DNA of 64,000 nt from Squalus acanthias. Taxonomy: Eukaryota. The stretch's first letter is position 1; each line of letters begins with the position of its first letter. Below, piece after piece: positions 13,201 to 25,391 of the stretch. The notes beneath the pieces were generated by a model. It did not search any database. It saw nothing but the letters and a program-made list of their open reading frames with translations, and was not told the origin of the DNA. The stretch covers positions 90,584,001-90,648,000 of the forward strand of contig CM059432.1 in NCBI GenBank assembly GCA_030390025.1, read 5' to 3'. The translations under genes were made by a program, and so were the position numbers.

Positions 13201-15300
13201 AGGAAGGATGTAAAGGCACTTGAGAGGGTGCAGATGAGATTTACCAGAATGGTTCCGGGGATGGGGGATCTTAGCTACAAGGACAGGTTGGAGAAGCTGG
13301 ATTTGTTTTCATTAGAGCAAAGGAGGTTGAGGGGTGATTTGATAGAGGTGTACAAGATTATGACGGGTTTGGATAGGCTAGAGAGAGAAAGGCTGTTCCC
13401 ACTAGTTGATGGTACAAGGACTAGGGGACACAGATCTAAGGTTTTGGGCAAGAGATACAGGAGGGATGTGAGGAAAAGCTTTTTTACGCAGCGAGTGGTG
13501 ATGACCTGGAACTCCCTGCAGACGGAAGTGGTGGAAGCGGAGCCACTCAATGTTTTCAAGGGGAGGCTGAATAGGCACTTGAGGGAAATAAACTTGCAGG
13601 GCTACGGGGATAGAGCGGGGGAATGGGACTGACTGGATTGCTCTGCAGAGAGCCGGCGCGGACTCGATGGGATGAATGGCCTACTTCTGTGCCATTATGA
13701 CTCTATAGCTCCATGAGATCATATTCCGACATGTCTATTTGCGGCTGCAGCTCATTTACCTTATTTACCACACTTCGTGCATTCACACACATGCACTGTA
13801 AACCTATCTTAGACCTTCTTGTATTCTCTCTTAGTCTGACCCCACCTAATACCGCACTATTTCTTACTTTAGTGCTGTCTGCCTCTCCCAATCCTTTGTG
13901 CACCTTGTTTCTCCTTTCTAATGCTACATCCTAGTGCCCATCCCCCTGCCAAATTAGTTTAAACCCTCCCCAACAGCACTAGCAACCGCCTGCCCCCCCG
14001 TGAGGACATTGGTCCCGGCTCTGTTGAGGTGCAACCCGTCCGGCCTGTTCAGGTCCCACCTCCCCCAGAACCAGTCCCAATGTCCCAGGAATCTAAAGCC
14101 CTCCCTCCTGCACCATCTGCCCAGCCACGCATTCATCTGCTCTCTCCTCCTATTTCTATACTCACTAGCTCGTGGCATCGGGAGTAATCCAGAGATTACT
14201 ACCTTTGAGGTCCTGCTTTTTAATCTCTTTCCTAGCTCCCTAAAATCTGCCTGCAGGACCTCGTCCCTCTTTCTACCTATGGACCACGACCTCTGAGAGT
14301 TCACCCTCCCCCCTCAGAATGTTCTGCAGCCGCTCAGTGACATTCTTGATCCTAGCACCAGGGAGGCAACATACCATGCTTGAATTACGTTTGCAGCTGC
14401 AGAAACACCTGTCTGTTCCCCTAACTAGCGAATCTCCTATCACTATTGCTTTCCTCCCCCCTGTACAGCTGAGCCACCTGTGGTGCCGTGGACTTGGCTC
14501 TGGCTGTATTCCCTAGAGGAACCATCTCCCTCACCAGTATTCAGTCTTGGTTAGAGAGTGAGATGCACTCAGGGAACTCCTGCACTACCTGCCTCATCCT
14601 CCTTGTCTGTTTGACGGTCACCCATTCCCTCTCTGCCTGCACACTCTTACGCTGCGGGGTGACCACCTCCTGAAACATGCTATCCACATCGCTCTCAGCC
14701 TCACGGATGCACTGCAATGACGCCAGCTCCTGCTCAAGCTCCGAATGCTGATGACACTTCCTGCACATGTGGTTGTCCAGGACACGGAAAGTGTCATGGA
14801 GTTCCCACATGGCACAAGATGTGCATTCTACGGGACCGAGGTGCCCTGCCATGCCTCTATTTAATAGACTATTAAGTAACTTAACAGAAATAAACTTAAG
14901 ACTTAAAAAAAGTCACCAGCTACTCATGAATCAGCTCCTTTCCTTGTGCTGACGTCACTTACCTCGCTCCCTGACGTTCGCGTTCCCTCTGAGCTCTTGG
15001 GCCTCCCTTTATCTGCGGCCGCCTCCTCTCACTCCCCCGCAGGTCCACTCTTGTGTCTGTTACCTTAGAGGCCTTGGGTTCTGTGGCTCCAATCCTCCTT
15101 TTCAGTCAGACATCTCACCCGCCTTCCTTCTCTCCACCGAATTCCTGCGCTCACCAAATTCCTCCAGTTTGCTTGCGATTCACTCCATTTGCCTTCTCCC
15201 AGCTGTGTCTCCAGGCTCTGTGCTTTTTCAAACTAGTGCCTAATATATACCTTTTGAGAGTCAAACAATCTACAACTACTTAATCAGCTTCTAGCTCACA
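10300..15300 (-). mobile_element. Near full-length CR1-clade LINE, decayed (ORF1 Zn-finger/coiled-coil + SGNH esterase; ORF2 AP endonuclease + RT)
   Basis: ORF1 pieces VECTSCAMWE..CRKC and KVVISGLLP..DGLHLN; ORF2 pieces NARSVVNK, GVFYRPP, MGDFNYP, LDLVLGN, KSPGSDGI, YLDFQKAFDKVPH, VPQGSVLGP, KFTDDTKL, LYKTLVRPQ. Outer boundaries approximate. Confidence 0.92.
12979..13703 (+). mobile_element. 5'-truncated CR1 3' fragment inserted antisense into the endonuclease region of the larger CR1
   Basis: ORF 13129..13632 LYKALVRPQLEYCVQFWSPH...RGDLIEVYKIM...TRGH, then 3' tail gaatggcctacttctgtgccattatgactctat. Confidence 0.9.
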
Positions 15301-16160
15301 CCTTTTACCATGTACTCAAGCAACCACTTACAGCTGATGCTGTAGGGATGCTTTCTGTTGTTGGTGTGGGTTGGTGCCAACCTGGTGCATCATGTGGCAG
15401 CCAGGGTGTACAGCATCAAGTAAAGTAAATGTGGCCATGGTGAGGTGATCCCTGGCCTCCTGGGCAGCAATGTGCTCGGGTGCTAATGCCCTCTGTCCTG
15501 TGCAGCATCAAGTGATTGCGAAGAAGGTTGGTGTTGTTGTTGGTGCTGCTGGTGTTGGGGCTCATCGTGGTCGGATTCTGAGAACCAAGGGCACCCATAC
15601 TGATGGAATAGATGGCAGGTGAAGTAGAGATGACAGAAGCATTCTGTCAATGGTGAGAGAGTTCTTCCAATGAGAGTGGATGGAGAGTGGAAAGTGGAAA
15701 GCCTGCAGAATCTGTGCTTGAAATGGACTGAGAAACAGCTTGTGGCTGAGGAAAGTGATGATCTGTCAGGTGGGAGCTTTTACTGTACATTTGAAGCTGT
15801 CAGATAATCTGCTGGAGCAATGGCCATTCAACTCCCGCCTCAGGTTCACAGACGTGGTCCCCGAGCAGTGTGGACCCCGTGGGCGAGCAGTTAAAGTTAA
15901 AAGGTAAGGTTAAAAGCATTATTAAGGGTCTGTCAACAACCGAATAATTGGTTTACATAAGAAATAGGAGCAGGAGTAGGCCATATGGTTTAATTGGGTC
16001 GCCCGCCTCTACGGGTCGGGTCGGATCGGAGATCACACACGCGCCTGTGGGAAAGGCGCGTTGCGGCGCGTTGACAGCGGGGTCCTGTCCCGCTGTCAAA
16101 AAAAATCAAATTTCCCACCCGATCTCGCCCGTTGACCCCCCCCCCCGTAAAATTCCGGCC

Positions 16161-16868
16161 TATGTTTCAAGTCGTTGACCTTTCATCAGAACTGTTACAG
16201 ATGTAACAGGTTTTAAGCAAATACAGAGGCAGAGAAAGGAGGGTTGGGAGGAAGGAAGAAAAGGGAAAGTCTGTGATAGAATGGAAGGCAGGAAAGATGA
16301 AATGACAAAAGCGATGATGGTGCAAGGCAAAAGTGGGTGGTAATGGGACAAGTAAAGAAACAAAAGATAGGTCTCTCAGATGGGGAAACAAAAAGCAATG
16401 AAGATGAACAAGGTCAAAGAGACAAACGGAAATCCCATCGGAGCGAAGAGCAGGACTTCTTCAAGGTGGGCATTCCTGGAAGAGAAGTGGCAGTGTTGGA
16501 TTAAATACTAATGCAAAAGCAAAATACTGCGGATGCTGGAAATCTGAAATAAAAACAGAAAATGCTGGAAATACTCAGCAGGTCAGGCAGCATCTGTGGA
16601 GAGAGAAACAAACTTAACGTTTCAGGTCGATGACCCTTCGTCAGAACTGGAAAATGTTACAGAAGTAACAGGTTTTAAGCAAGTACAAAGGCAGGGAAAG
16701 GGGGGATGGGAGGAAAGAATAAAAGTAAAGGTCTGTGATCAGGTGGAAGGTAGGAGAGATTAAGTAACAAGTAACAACAGAAAATGCTGGAAACACTCAG
16801 CAGGTCAGGTAGCATTGTGGAGAGAAACAGAGTTAACGTTTCGGGTTGATGACCCTTCGTCAGAACGT
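16161..16868 (-). mobile_element. Non-autonomous Penelope derivative: tandem pseudo-LTRs with three hammerhead motifs (~16161-16193 split, ~16613-16650, ~16831-16866)
   Basis: Order is pLTR, ~120 nt matching the ORF start (compare 4958-5062), pLTR, partial pLTR; cores CUGAUGA/CUGACGA...GAAA; the left part of the first pLTR lies at ~9595-9663. Confidence 0.85.
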
Positions 16869-16941
16869 TCTGCGTTAGGGAAGTTATCCCCGGTGTCTTG
16901 GCCAATATTTATCCCTCAATCAACATAACAAAAAACAGATT

Positions 16942-17626
16942 AGCCCAGATATTCCGACCGCAGGCCTCCCGCGGGCGGAGGGCTGCGATCTGGAAAAATC
17001 TGCGCCCTTACCTGAGGGCTCCCGGGAGGCGCACAGTTCCGCTGCTGGGCCTCTCCAAACTCCAAATGCGCAGGGCCCACGTATCCCAGAGGCGCAGGTA
17101 GTTCGCAGCGTCCCTGGGATCACGTGGGCCATGGGGAGCCAATCAGAGAAGGGAATCTCCCTTCATACACTTGACAGGAAGACCTATCAAATATATGAAT
17201 GGAGATCACCCCCAAATCATAGTAAAACGTCAAATAAATTAAAAAAAAAATCACATTTTTTAAATGACATGAAATTACATAAATTAACTATTTTAAACAA
17301 AACGGGGCTAAAAATAAGCTTACCTTTCTTTAAAGTATTTTTAAATGATAAATCAGTGGAAAAACTTTTTTTTAAAACTTTTTTCAACTCTTATCCTGGT
17401 AAAAGCAGGCCTTACGCCTGTTTTTACCAGGCACAAGAATTGTAAGTGTTTTCTGCGGGCGGAGGGTCTCCAAAAAGCGGAACTATCCGCCCGCAGAAGC
17501 CCTTCTCCCGGGCAGCCGGAGGATCTGTCAAAAGCTTTCTTGACAGATGGGAAATGCCGGTTTCCAGTGCATGCGCTGTGCATGCCTGAAACCGGCATTT
17601 CCAATGTCCCTACGGGTGGGTACACA
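16942..17626. mobile_element. MITE family C copy (right end lost), inserted in a DeuSINE 3' half (~16876-16941 and ~17627-17792)
   Basis: Colinear with 7216-7976; the flanks join into the SINE sequence seen at 55338-55560 (reverse). Confidence 0.75.
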
Positions 17627-17795
17627 ATCTGGTCATTATCACATTGCTGTTTGTGGGAGCTTGCTGTGCGCAAATTGGCTGCCGCATTTCCCACATTGCC
17701 ACAGTGACTACACTCCAAAAGTACTTAATTGGCTGAAAAACGCTTTGAGACATCCGGTGGTCGTGAAAGGCGCTATATAAATGCAAGTCTTTCTT

Positions 17796-18035
17796 ATTTC
17801 AGATTTCCAGCATCCGCAGTATTTTGCTATTGAGATTAAATAACAAAAGGGATGACAGTGCAAGGCAATAGTGGGTGGTAATGGGACAAGTAAAGAAACG
17901 AAAGATGTGTCTCAGAGGTGTAAATGGGAATAGAGAATCAGCACCTCCTGTCTGGAAAAGATGGGGGTAGAGGTTATGATCTGAAATTGTTGAACTCAAT
18001 GTTGAGTCCGGAAGGCTGTAAAGTGTCTAATCGAA
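17796..18035 (-). mobile_element. Penelope 3'-end fragment with a short inverted pseudo-LTR piece
   Basis: 17965-18035 matches 2320-2375; 17796-17832 is the reverse complement of the pLTR end. Confidence 0.7.
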
Positions 18036-18720
18036 GGAAATAAATATTGCTCGATTTAGATCTTGGAAATGAATTGGGACAAATAACTGATGTGAGAGAA
18101 GGAGAACAATTGGAAAATAGTGACCACAACACAGTTAGATTCAATGTTTGAAAAAAGATAATAAGAAGTCAGAGATATGGATGCTAAACTGGATAAAAGG
18201 CAAGTTCAATAAGATAGGGAGGGGTCAGGCCTCAATTAACTTTGCAGAAGGGTTTACAAACAGAAGTCCAGATCAGAGATGGAGAATCTTCAAATTTGAG
18301 ATGGATAAAATGCAAAGGTGAAAAGGGAAGGTGCATCAAAGGATAGTGTTCTTTGAATAAATAGAGAGATTAAGACTAAACGGAAACCTTAAAGACAGGC
18401 ATATAATAAAGCTAGTGCTAACAATGCTGAAGAAAATCATGAGGAATGTAGGAAGTGTAGTGGGAAGGAGAAAAGTAGAACGACTAAAAGAAAACTTAAA
18501 AAAGACTAAATAATATAAAAGGAAATAGTAAGAGCTTGTATAAGCATACTAAAAGGGAAGGGATAATTAGAGAGAGTGTAGGATGGCTCAGAGATTAAGA
18601 GGGACTCTAGTTTTGGAAGTTAAAAGTATGGTGGAAATATACATAAAATATTTTACATCAGTTTTTATAAATAATGATGACAGTGAGAATGTAGGTGTAC
18701 CAGAGGAGAATATTTAGTTT
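18035..18720 (+). mobile_element. Old, degraded CR1 ORF2 remnant
   Basis: Traces of LLDLDLGNE..Q, GEQLENSDHNTVRF and YFTSVF, as in the CR1 at 11561-12493. Confidence 0.6.
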
Positions 18721-19065
18721 GGTTCCATTTGTAAGCTGCTTTATTCCACATATGTGCATCTCATTTCCTGTCTCTTTTTTCCACTTACCTTTTCTTTACT
18801 CCCAGAGGTTAGGAGGCCAGTACAACCCTGCTGAGTGTCTGGGACCAGGGATCTCCCAAAAGAATGGGTTTAAAGAGTTTATTGATCACCAAGATAGGCT
18901 AACAAATTGCTTATTGTTTTTAATCTTTGGGGAAACAACTTCAAAGCGTAGCTCATTAGAATTTTAACCACCTTTTGGCTCACCGCTCTTTTCTAAAAAA
19001 AACTTGTATGAACACACTTTGGTTTAAAATCCCAACATCCTCACTGTTTTCCTATGGAAAAATGG

Positions 19066-20085
19066 GGGGCGATTTTAGACTTTTGCCCAAAATGGCTGCG
19101 CCGTCTGCCTGAAGCTGGTATCAGGAGGCCCGAACCATTTTTGGATTTTAATTACGCCAGTGAGCTGTGGACGCTGCCCTGCAGCTCACCAGTCATGGTA
19201 GGGTGGCAAATTGGCTGGCTCACATGTTGATCCAGCAGACAGGTTGTGCCTCGGGGTGGGGGGTGTGCGGGGGCGCGTTGTTGGGTCGGTGGGCTGGGGT
19301 GGTGATTTCGGTGGCCAGGCTCACACGGGCTGTGAGCAAGCCGGAAGTCTTCTGTGGACCCAGGATTACAAATTTTTTCAGCCGTAGATGGTTTTTAGTG
19401 GTCGTGAAATTTGAGTCAGTTGTCATACTTTTGCACCCCATGAACAACATGTCAGATGCAAAATTTTTAATTAAATGCATAGATATACACCAGTTTAAGT
19501 ATCCAGTCCTTACTAATGGATCATCATTTATAATTCTTTGGGGTAGATTTTCCCCTGTGCGGACTTCTGGAAGTACTGCGCAATTGTCCTAGCAGGAAAC
19601 CATTAGCATTCGGCCAACGGGCTGTAGACAGAAGACGAGCATCCTGGGACAACTCGCCAGCTTCAGGCCACCTCAGTATTGGACAGCCCAGCTGGCCTTT
19701 GGATGAGAAGAAGGCGTGGGTCCAATCTCTGGATGGGGGAGCTGGAGCAGCAGCGGCTCAGGCTGGTTTTGTGGAGAATGCTCCTCCCGGCTTTACAAAA
19801 ATACAGTAAAACTGACCTGTGGGCTCTCCTTCGGCTGTTACAGGGCTGAGCATGCGCAATACTATCCAAAAAATGGCAAATGGGACCTATGCATGTCATA
19901 GTATACCAATTTGCATATTAAAAGGGACTATTGCTGACAGATATGGGCGGTTTGGCCGCCCAGCAGTAGACCCTGGGGAAGATTGCGGCAGCCACAGTGA
20001 TGGTACGTGACAGTAAGTTATTCTCCACCATTTTCGGGCCGCTACCATCCCATTTCCAATGGGCGGGTGGCCTCAAAATCTCCTT
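19066..20085. mobile_element. Harbinger-type MITE or composite
   Basis: Ends gggggcgattttag / ctcaaaatctcc; GC-rich relative to the intron. Confidence 0.45.
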
Positions 20086-20295
20086 CTTTATCTTAACATG
20101 AATTGATTGTCCTGTATTTATGTCCTAATTGGTTTTGTATTAGAAAAGGCTCAATTGAAAACATAATTTTGATATTTATTGACTCCTAACTTCAATTACT
20201 GACCTTTGAATATTTAATAATGATGTTGATGACACAGTGTACCTTTCTAAAAAATTATACTAGTCATTTATGTATTTACTGTCAAAAAATATTCA

Positions 20296-20452
20296 TGATG
20301 TGGAAATGTTGGACTGGGGTGGACAAATGTGAGAAGTCGCACAACACCAGGTTATAGTCCAACAGCTTTATTTGAAATCACAAGCTTTCGGAGCGCTGCT
20401 CCTTCGTCAGGTGAAGCTGTTGGACTATAACCTGGTGTTGTGCGACTTCTCA
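20296..20452 (-). mobile_element. 157-bp non-coding element with hammerhead motif, family 2 (~20378-20414), and partial terminal inversion
   Basis: 13-bp TSD caaaaaatattca (20283-20295, 20453-20465); minus strand UCAC-CUGACGA-A-GGAGC-AGC-GCUCC-GAAA-GC-UU-GUGA; ~20415-20453 inverts ~20329-20367. Confidence 0.85.
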
Positions 20453-21916
20453 CAAAAAATATTCAATCCAGCTTGTTTCATGGCATGTGATCCCACAAAT
20501 GTATTAAAACATGGTGGATTGCCTTGTTTGTGTTCCAGCAAAGTCCTGCTTTTGTATGGAATGTGTCCTCAAGAATGTAATGTACTTCCCAACCAAATTG
20601 GATTAACTTTGCTTTACTTTAAATCTCAGCCTTCTTTGGTTGTAATGCCAAAGGACCTTTTTATTTTCTGGGGAGAAAACATCTGGGCAGACACAATCCA
20701 TTCAAATCTTCTTGATACCATTCTGCCCTGTATAGTCTCTGAACATAAAATGCACTTCATTCAATAAGTATTCTTGTGGTTCTGAAATTTGAATGTTGCT
20801 GCTGAAACATTATCGCCAAGCGATTCTGCTTTGGGTGCAATCAATGATCTGGACGCAAATTGCGCTCAAAATTGCTAGTTTTGCAAAGTGAATTTTTTGC
20901 TCAATTTTCTGCTCAAACTCATTTGCATATTGCCAAACACAAAATCTTCCATGAACCAGTGCAATTGGGCAACGTTTTAGAACGTAATTTAAAAAAAAAA
21001 ATTTGCATTAAAAAATATTCCTTGATTGTATTTAAGAGTGGTAACCTGGTGCAGGTTTAGTAATACAGCTGAAAATGGATTTATCATAAAAAATAAGCAT
21101 TTTCAAACAGTGCCTAGTCCACCACCTGTGAGTAACCCGCTTTTAAATAACTGAAAATAACTTTAAAAAACTATACAGAACCATTTACTAGTTTCATTGG
21201 TGTATGGAGTCAGTTTCTTAGTAAATTAAAAAAAAATTAAAAAACCTTAAAGGGTGCCTTTGTGCCTAAAAAAAAAAGCTTAGTTTTAAGAGCCTCCTCA
21301 AAGGCCCGTAAACGGGCCCAATTAGCGGAAACTCATCATGGCGATTAATTTGATTTTGGGCGTGGCCAGTTTTGTGGGTGGGGCCGTTTTCAGTGCTTTT
21401 TTTTAAAGATCGCGGAAACTTGATTTGTGCTGGACTTAATTTGCGCTTGAAATTCCTCGACCTTTTGCGCTGGTTTGGCCGATTTTGGGTGAATCAGTGT
21501 AACCTAGGCCGATGTTCCTCATTATGGTATAGGAGCAGTATGATTTTCTTTTAACTTTCTTGCTGTTACAACCAAAACCAAGGTGCTAATTACTTTCCAT
21601 ATTTTAAAATATTGCTGTCAGTGATTGGTTTGACTCAATGTTGCTACATCATCCAAAATAATCAGAGTAGTTGAATTACTAAGGTGTTTTTTTGTCAGCA
21701 ATAAAAAGTTACAACTTTTTCTAAATGCATTTAATTATTTAGAGCTCCATAAAACAACATAGAATATACAGCACAGAAACAAGCCATTCAGCCTGGATTG
21801 TTAGTTAGGCTCAGTTATCCAAGATAGATTAGATCTTTCTGTTTTGTGTTTTTGAGCTGACATGATTGTCCAAATGTAACACTTGTAACTAAACAGCTCT
21901 TTGAAATTTATTTTAG

Positions 21917-22063
21917 ATGCAGCATCAAGAGAAGCTACTGGAACAATTGCATCAAAAATATTTGGCTGCAGTTAATATGGTTGAAAAGCAACAGCAAATG
22001 ATTAATTCTCTAGAACAGGATCTTCAAACCGCCGTGATTGCAGAAAGGGAAATGGCTACTGGG
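21917..22063 (+). CDS. Internal exon C (MQHQEKLLEQLHQKYLAAVNMVEKQQQMINSLEQDLQTAVIAEREMATG)
   Basis: Acceptor tttattttag, donor GGG|gtaaaa; 147 nt, phase 0/0, coiled-coil composition. Confidence 0.85.
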
Positions 22064-23351
22064 GTAAAACAACAATATTGTTTTTAAATACAGGAATTAT
22101 AACTGAATTATGAAAATGCTGTGAGGGTATATTCATTGTTAAATGGATAAGTGCAGTCCTTTGCCATTTTGTGTAACTAAATTATCTTAAAAGTAATAGT
22201 GTTCAAGAAAATAGTGCTTAAAAAATGCATCTCCTAAATATATATTGTTTCTTGGAATTACAAGCATGCACTTCTGTTTCTGAATCTCTATCTATAGCTA
22301 TATCATACATGAACTTTAAATGATGTTTGCCTTTTTTTGCTCTAGATTTTCATTGTTATGTGAATTGGTGAGATGGTAGTGGACTTGAGTGTATTTGGGA
22401 GGGTGCGACTGGAAGTGTTTCAGCTGATTTGACTGTATCGTGTAAATTTGCTTCGAAAGTAACCCATGTTAAAAAGATGATCTCCCACTTTCCAGACAAA
22501 AAAATCTTCAAACAGTAGTAGCCCTACCTTCAGGCAGCAGTACATCCAAGTTTCAACTCTAAGTCTGCAGAAGCTCGCATTTCAATACTGGATCCCCTCT
22601 CACTGACTCTAGATTTGTTGCTTTCTCCTCTGGTTCCTGGTCTCCTATTCACCTTTCTCTGGTTTCTGATCTCTCACGTACACCTCTCTCATTTATTGAT
22701 CTTTCCTTCCCCCATTATGTAGGCAGCAGTGTCTTAGTCAGGTATCCGAGGGAGGGGAGAGGGCAACATTTAATTCAAATATAAACATGTTGTGAAATTT
22801 GTTCAAATATGCGCTTAATTGACTGCTTTTTAAATTTAAAAGACATTTAAATTTGTTTCTGCTTTTCTGGACAGTATTTCTCAGTCTGGCTGCTTCAAAG
22901 TATACAATCTGTCTGAAGCTTTTGGAGAGTAACAGTCATATAACATCTATGAGCAGTAAGAAAAGTAAAAGAACTGCTCCATTAGAATGCAATAGTTGTG
23001 ACTTTTATTTTCTACTTACTTGAGATAATTAAATTTAATAACTATTTTAAATATATGTTGCTATTCCTGCTGTTCATTCACTCTTACTGTTTAATAAATT
23101 TGTTTGCCAGTTGAAGCCTACATCACAATTTAATGTAGTAGTATTTTCCCATCTTACAAAGTTAAAGAAGATCATGTGAGGATACGTGATATAAGAAGCA
23201 AGCCAAAACAATGTTATGAGGGTTCTCTATTCAATCCCAGGGTGTGCTACAAATTTACCTAGATATTATGGCAAAGTGAAAGGATACTGGGACATAGGGA
23301 GCAACAGATCACCTAAGGGTTGTGGTCGATGAAAATCCAAAAACATATCCA

Positions 23352-24012
23352 GACTGCGGAACACCTCCGTTCAGTCCGTAAGGGGGACCCCAAGCTTTCG
23401 GTTGCCTGTCACTTTAATTCACCGCTCCATTCCCACTCAGACCTCACCGTCCTCGGCCTCTTGCATTGTTCCACGGAAGCTCAGCGTAAGCTCGAGGACC
23501 AGCACCTCATCTTTCGATTAGGCACTTTACAGCCTTCTGGACTCAACATAGAGTTCAACAATTTCAGATCATAACCTCGGCCCCTATCATATATATATAT
23601 TTTTTATCCACACTTTTTGTTTGTGCCTTTTTTCTTCCCTCCCACATGGCAGCTGTCCTTCATTCTGCCAGCGCAATTCACACTTCATCTAGAGCCATCC
23701 TTTGTTCCTTAACCTGTCCCATTACCAGCTCCTCTTGCCTTGAATATCTCTTAATGCCTCTTTACTTCTCCTGCCTTCCATCCTATCACTGACCTTCCCT
23801 TTTGTTCTTTCATCCCCTCCCCCATTTCCCAGCCCCTAAGCTTGCTTTAAAATCTGTTCCCTTTCCTGGTTTTATCCAGTTCTGACGAAAGGTCTTCGAC
23901 CTGAAACGTTAACTCTATTTCTCTCTCCACGGATGCTGCCTGGCCTGCTGAGTTTTTCCAGCGTTTTCTGTTGTTATTTCGGATTTCCAGCATCCGCAGT
24001 ATTTTGCTATTG
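23352..24012 (+). mobile_element. 5'-truncated Penelope copy (GIY-YIG C-terminus + pseudo-LTR)
   Basis: ORF 23320..23574 AEHLRSVRK...TLQPSGLNIEFNNFRS; near-identical reverse complement of ~1882-2535. Confidence 0.9.
23878..23914 (+). ncRNA. Minimal hammerhead ribozyme motif, family 1, sense to the host gene
   Basis: agtt ctgacga a aggtc ttc gacct gaaa cg tt aact; predicted cleavage after U23910. Confidence 0.8.
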
Positions 24013-24429
24013 TCCAGAATATAAGATTGTTTTAAAAAAAGAAATCAACCATATGCTTTCTTGCCCTTTTACTGCTGTCTGAATCTCTGTGTTTTGGTGT
24101 GCGGAAACTGTATCCTTTTCCTAGAGTGAGGGGAGGTTAGTGGGATAGTGCTTAGATTCGGTATCTGAAGTATATAGTGAAGTGTAGAGATCTACAAACG
24201 GCCTGTTGATTTTGTTGAGGTCACAAGTAGATTGCCATCTACTTTCCTACAGATGCAGTGGGTCTGCTGTAAAGTATTTGTTTAAAATTTTCTGTGCTTA
24301 TCGTCTGCCCATAGTATTTTGCTCAGTAAACGGAGGAGTTTTTCTGTGTCTGTGGACAGCAGGTTGTTTAGCTCCCATCTGGTCTGAATCAGGGTTCTTT
24401 CAGTCACTTTGGACTTTATTTTTATTTTT

Positions 24430-24660
24430 GGGCAATAGGCAACCCATTTACATGTAGGTCAAACTGGACAGATCTCTTTCTCGAAGGACATGAGTGAACC
24501 AATTGGACTTTTTTTTATAACAATCCAACAGCTTTTATGGTCATTTTCCTTGTGCTAGCCCACAAATTACCAGTATAATTAAACTTAATTTCATAACTTG
24601 CTATGGTGGGATTTGAATTTGTGACCACTAGGTTGCGAGTCTAGCACTATAACCATTACA
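24430..24660 (-). mobile_element. Degraded tRNA-derived SINE; related head at ~62948-63056 (+)
   Basis: Minus strand has A-box-like taatggttatag and B-box-like aattcaaatcccacca; similar to 62955-63050. Confidence 0.55.
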
Positions 24661-25011
24661 CTTGATTACGTTTAGAAGGATTTACAGTTGGTGTACTGTA
24701 TTCATATGCATGTAGGCTACATTCCAAACTTGAATCCTCCCCAGCAAAAAAAAATAAGTTCAACTAAAACTGATTTTTATTTAAAAAGTATGCCTATATC
24801 TGAGTAAATAAGCGCCGAAATAAGGTACATGCTAGTAGAATAGGTAGAAAATTACAATATATTTTCATATTCCTCTCTTTATTTAAGTGATCATTAACAT
24901 AATTTGTTGCATGCAACTATGCCGTTTCTCACGTCAGCTTTATCCCTTTGAGACCAATGTTAGCTTGCAAATTATTTTTATGAAAGTTGGCTGTCATTTT
25001 TCTTTTTACAG

Positions 25012-25179
25012 GTGGCTCTGTGTGAAGAAACCATTAAACATTTGCAAATGGAATTATCTTCATTACATTCAGCGCAAGACTTGGACAATAAGACCATTAC
25101 CCATAAGAAACAGATTATCAATGAACTACAGCAAGAAAGTGATTCACTGAAGCAGAAATTGAAAGAAGCGCTATGCAAG
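25012..25179 (+). CDS. Internal exon D (VALCEETIKHLQMELSSLHSAQDLDNKTITHKKQIINELQQESDSLKQKLKEALCK)
   Basis: Strong acceptor tttttctttttacag, donor AAG|gtggga; 168 nt, phase 0/0. Confidence 0.85.
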
Positions 25180-25391
25180 GTGGGATGATATATAATAACT
25201 ATGTTTGTATTACATTAAGTATCTATATCCTATGTTAAAAATCTAACATAGGATACGCACTTCCTGTCCACAAGGCTTACTTTCTATTATCAAAATTTTC
25301 CTCCGCACTTGTGTGCCAATTTTTGCCATTGTTAATTTTTGAGTCCACATTTCCTATCCAATTTTGCTGTGTCAACTATCACTCGTCACAG

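Larger units (their letters stand above)
9664..16160. mobile_element. Internally deleted Harbinger transposon carrying a Myb/SANT exon (~9944-10160, +) and a transposase 5' remnant (~15340-15600, -)
   Basis: Perfect 12-bp TIR ggccggaatttt/aaaattccggcc; peptide RAAPRFS..EGV..HREVLFPSDG.KRP..KMAWLHIAQE..RTWLQWRKPFN; it splits a Penelope pseudo-LTR (…gaaacagttaat | tatgtttcaagtcg…). Confidence 0.85.
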
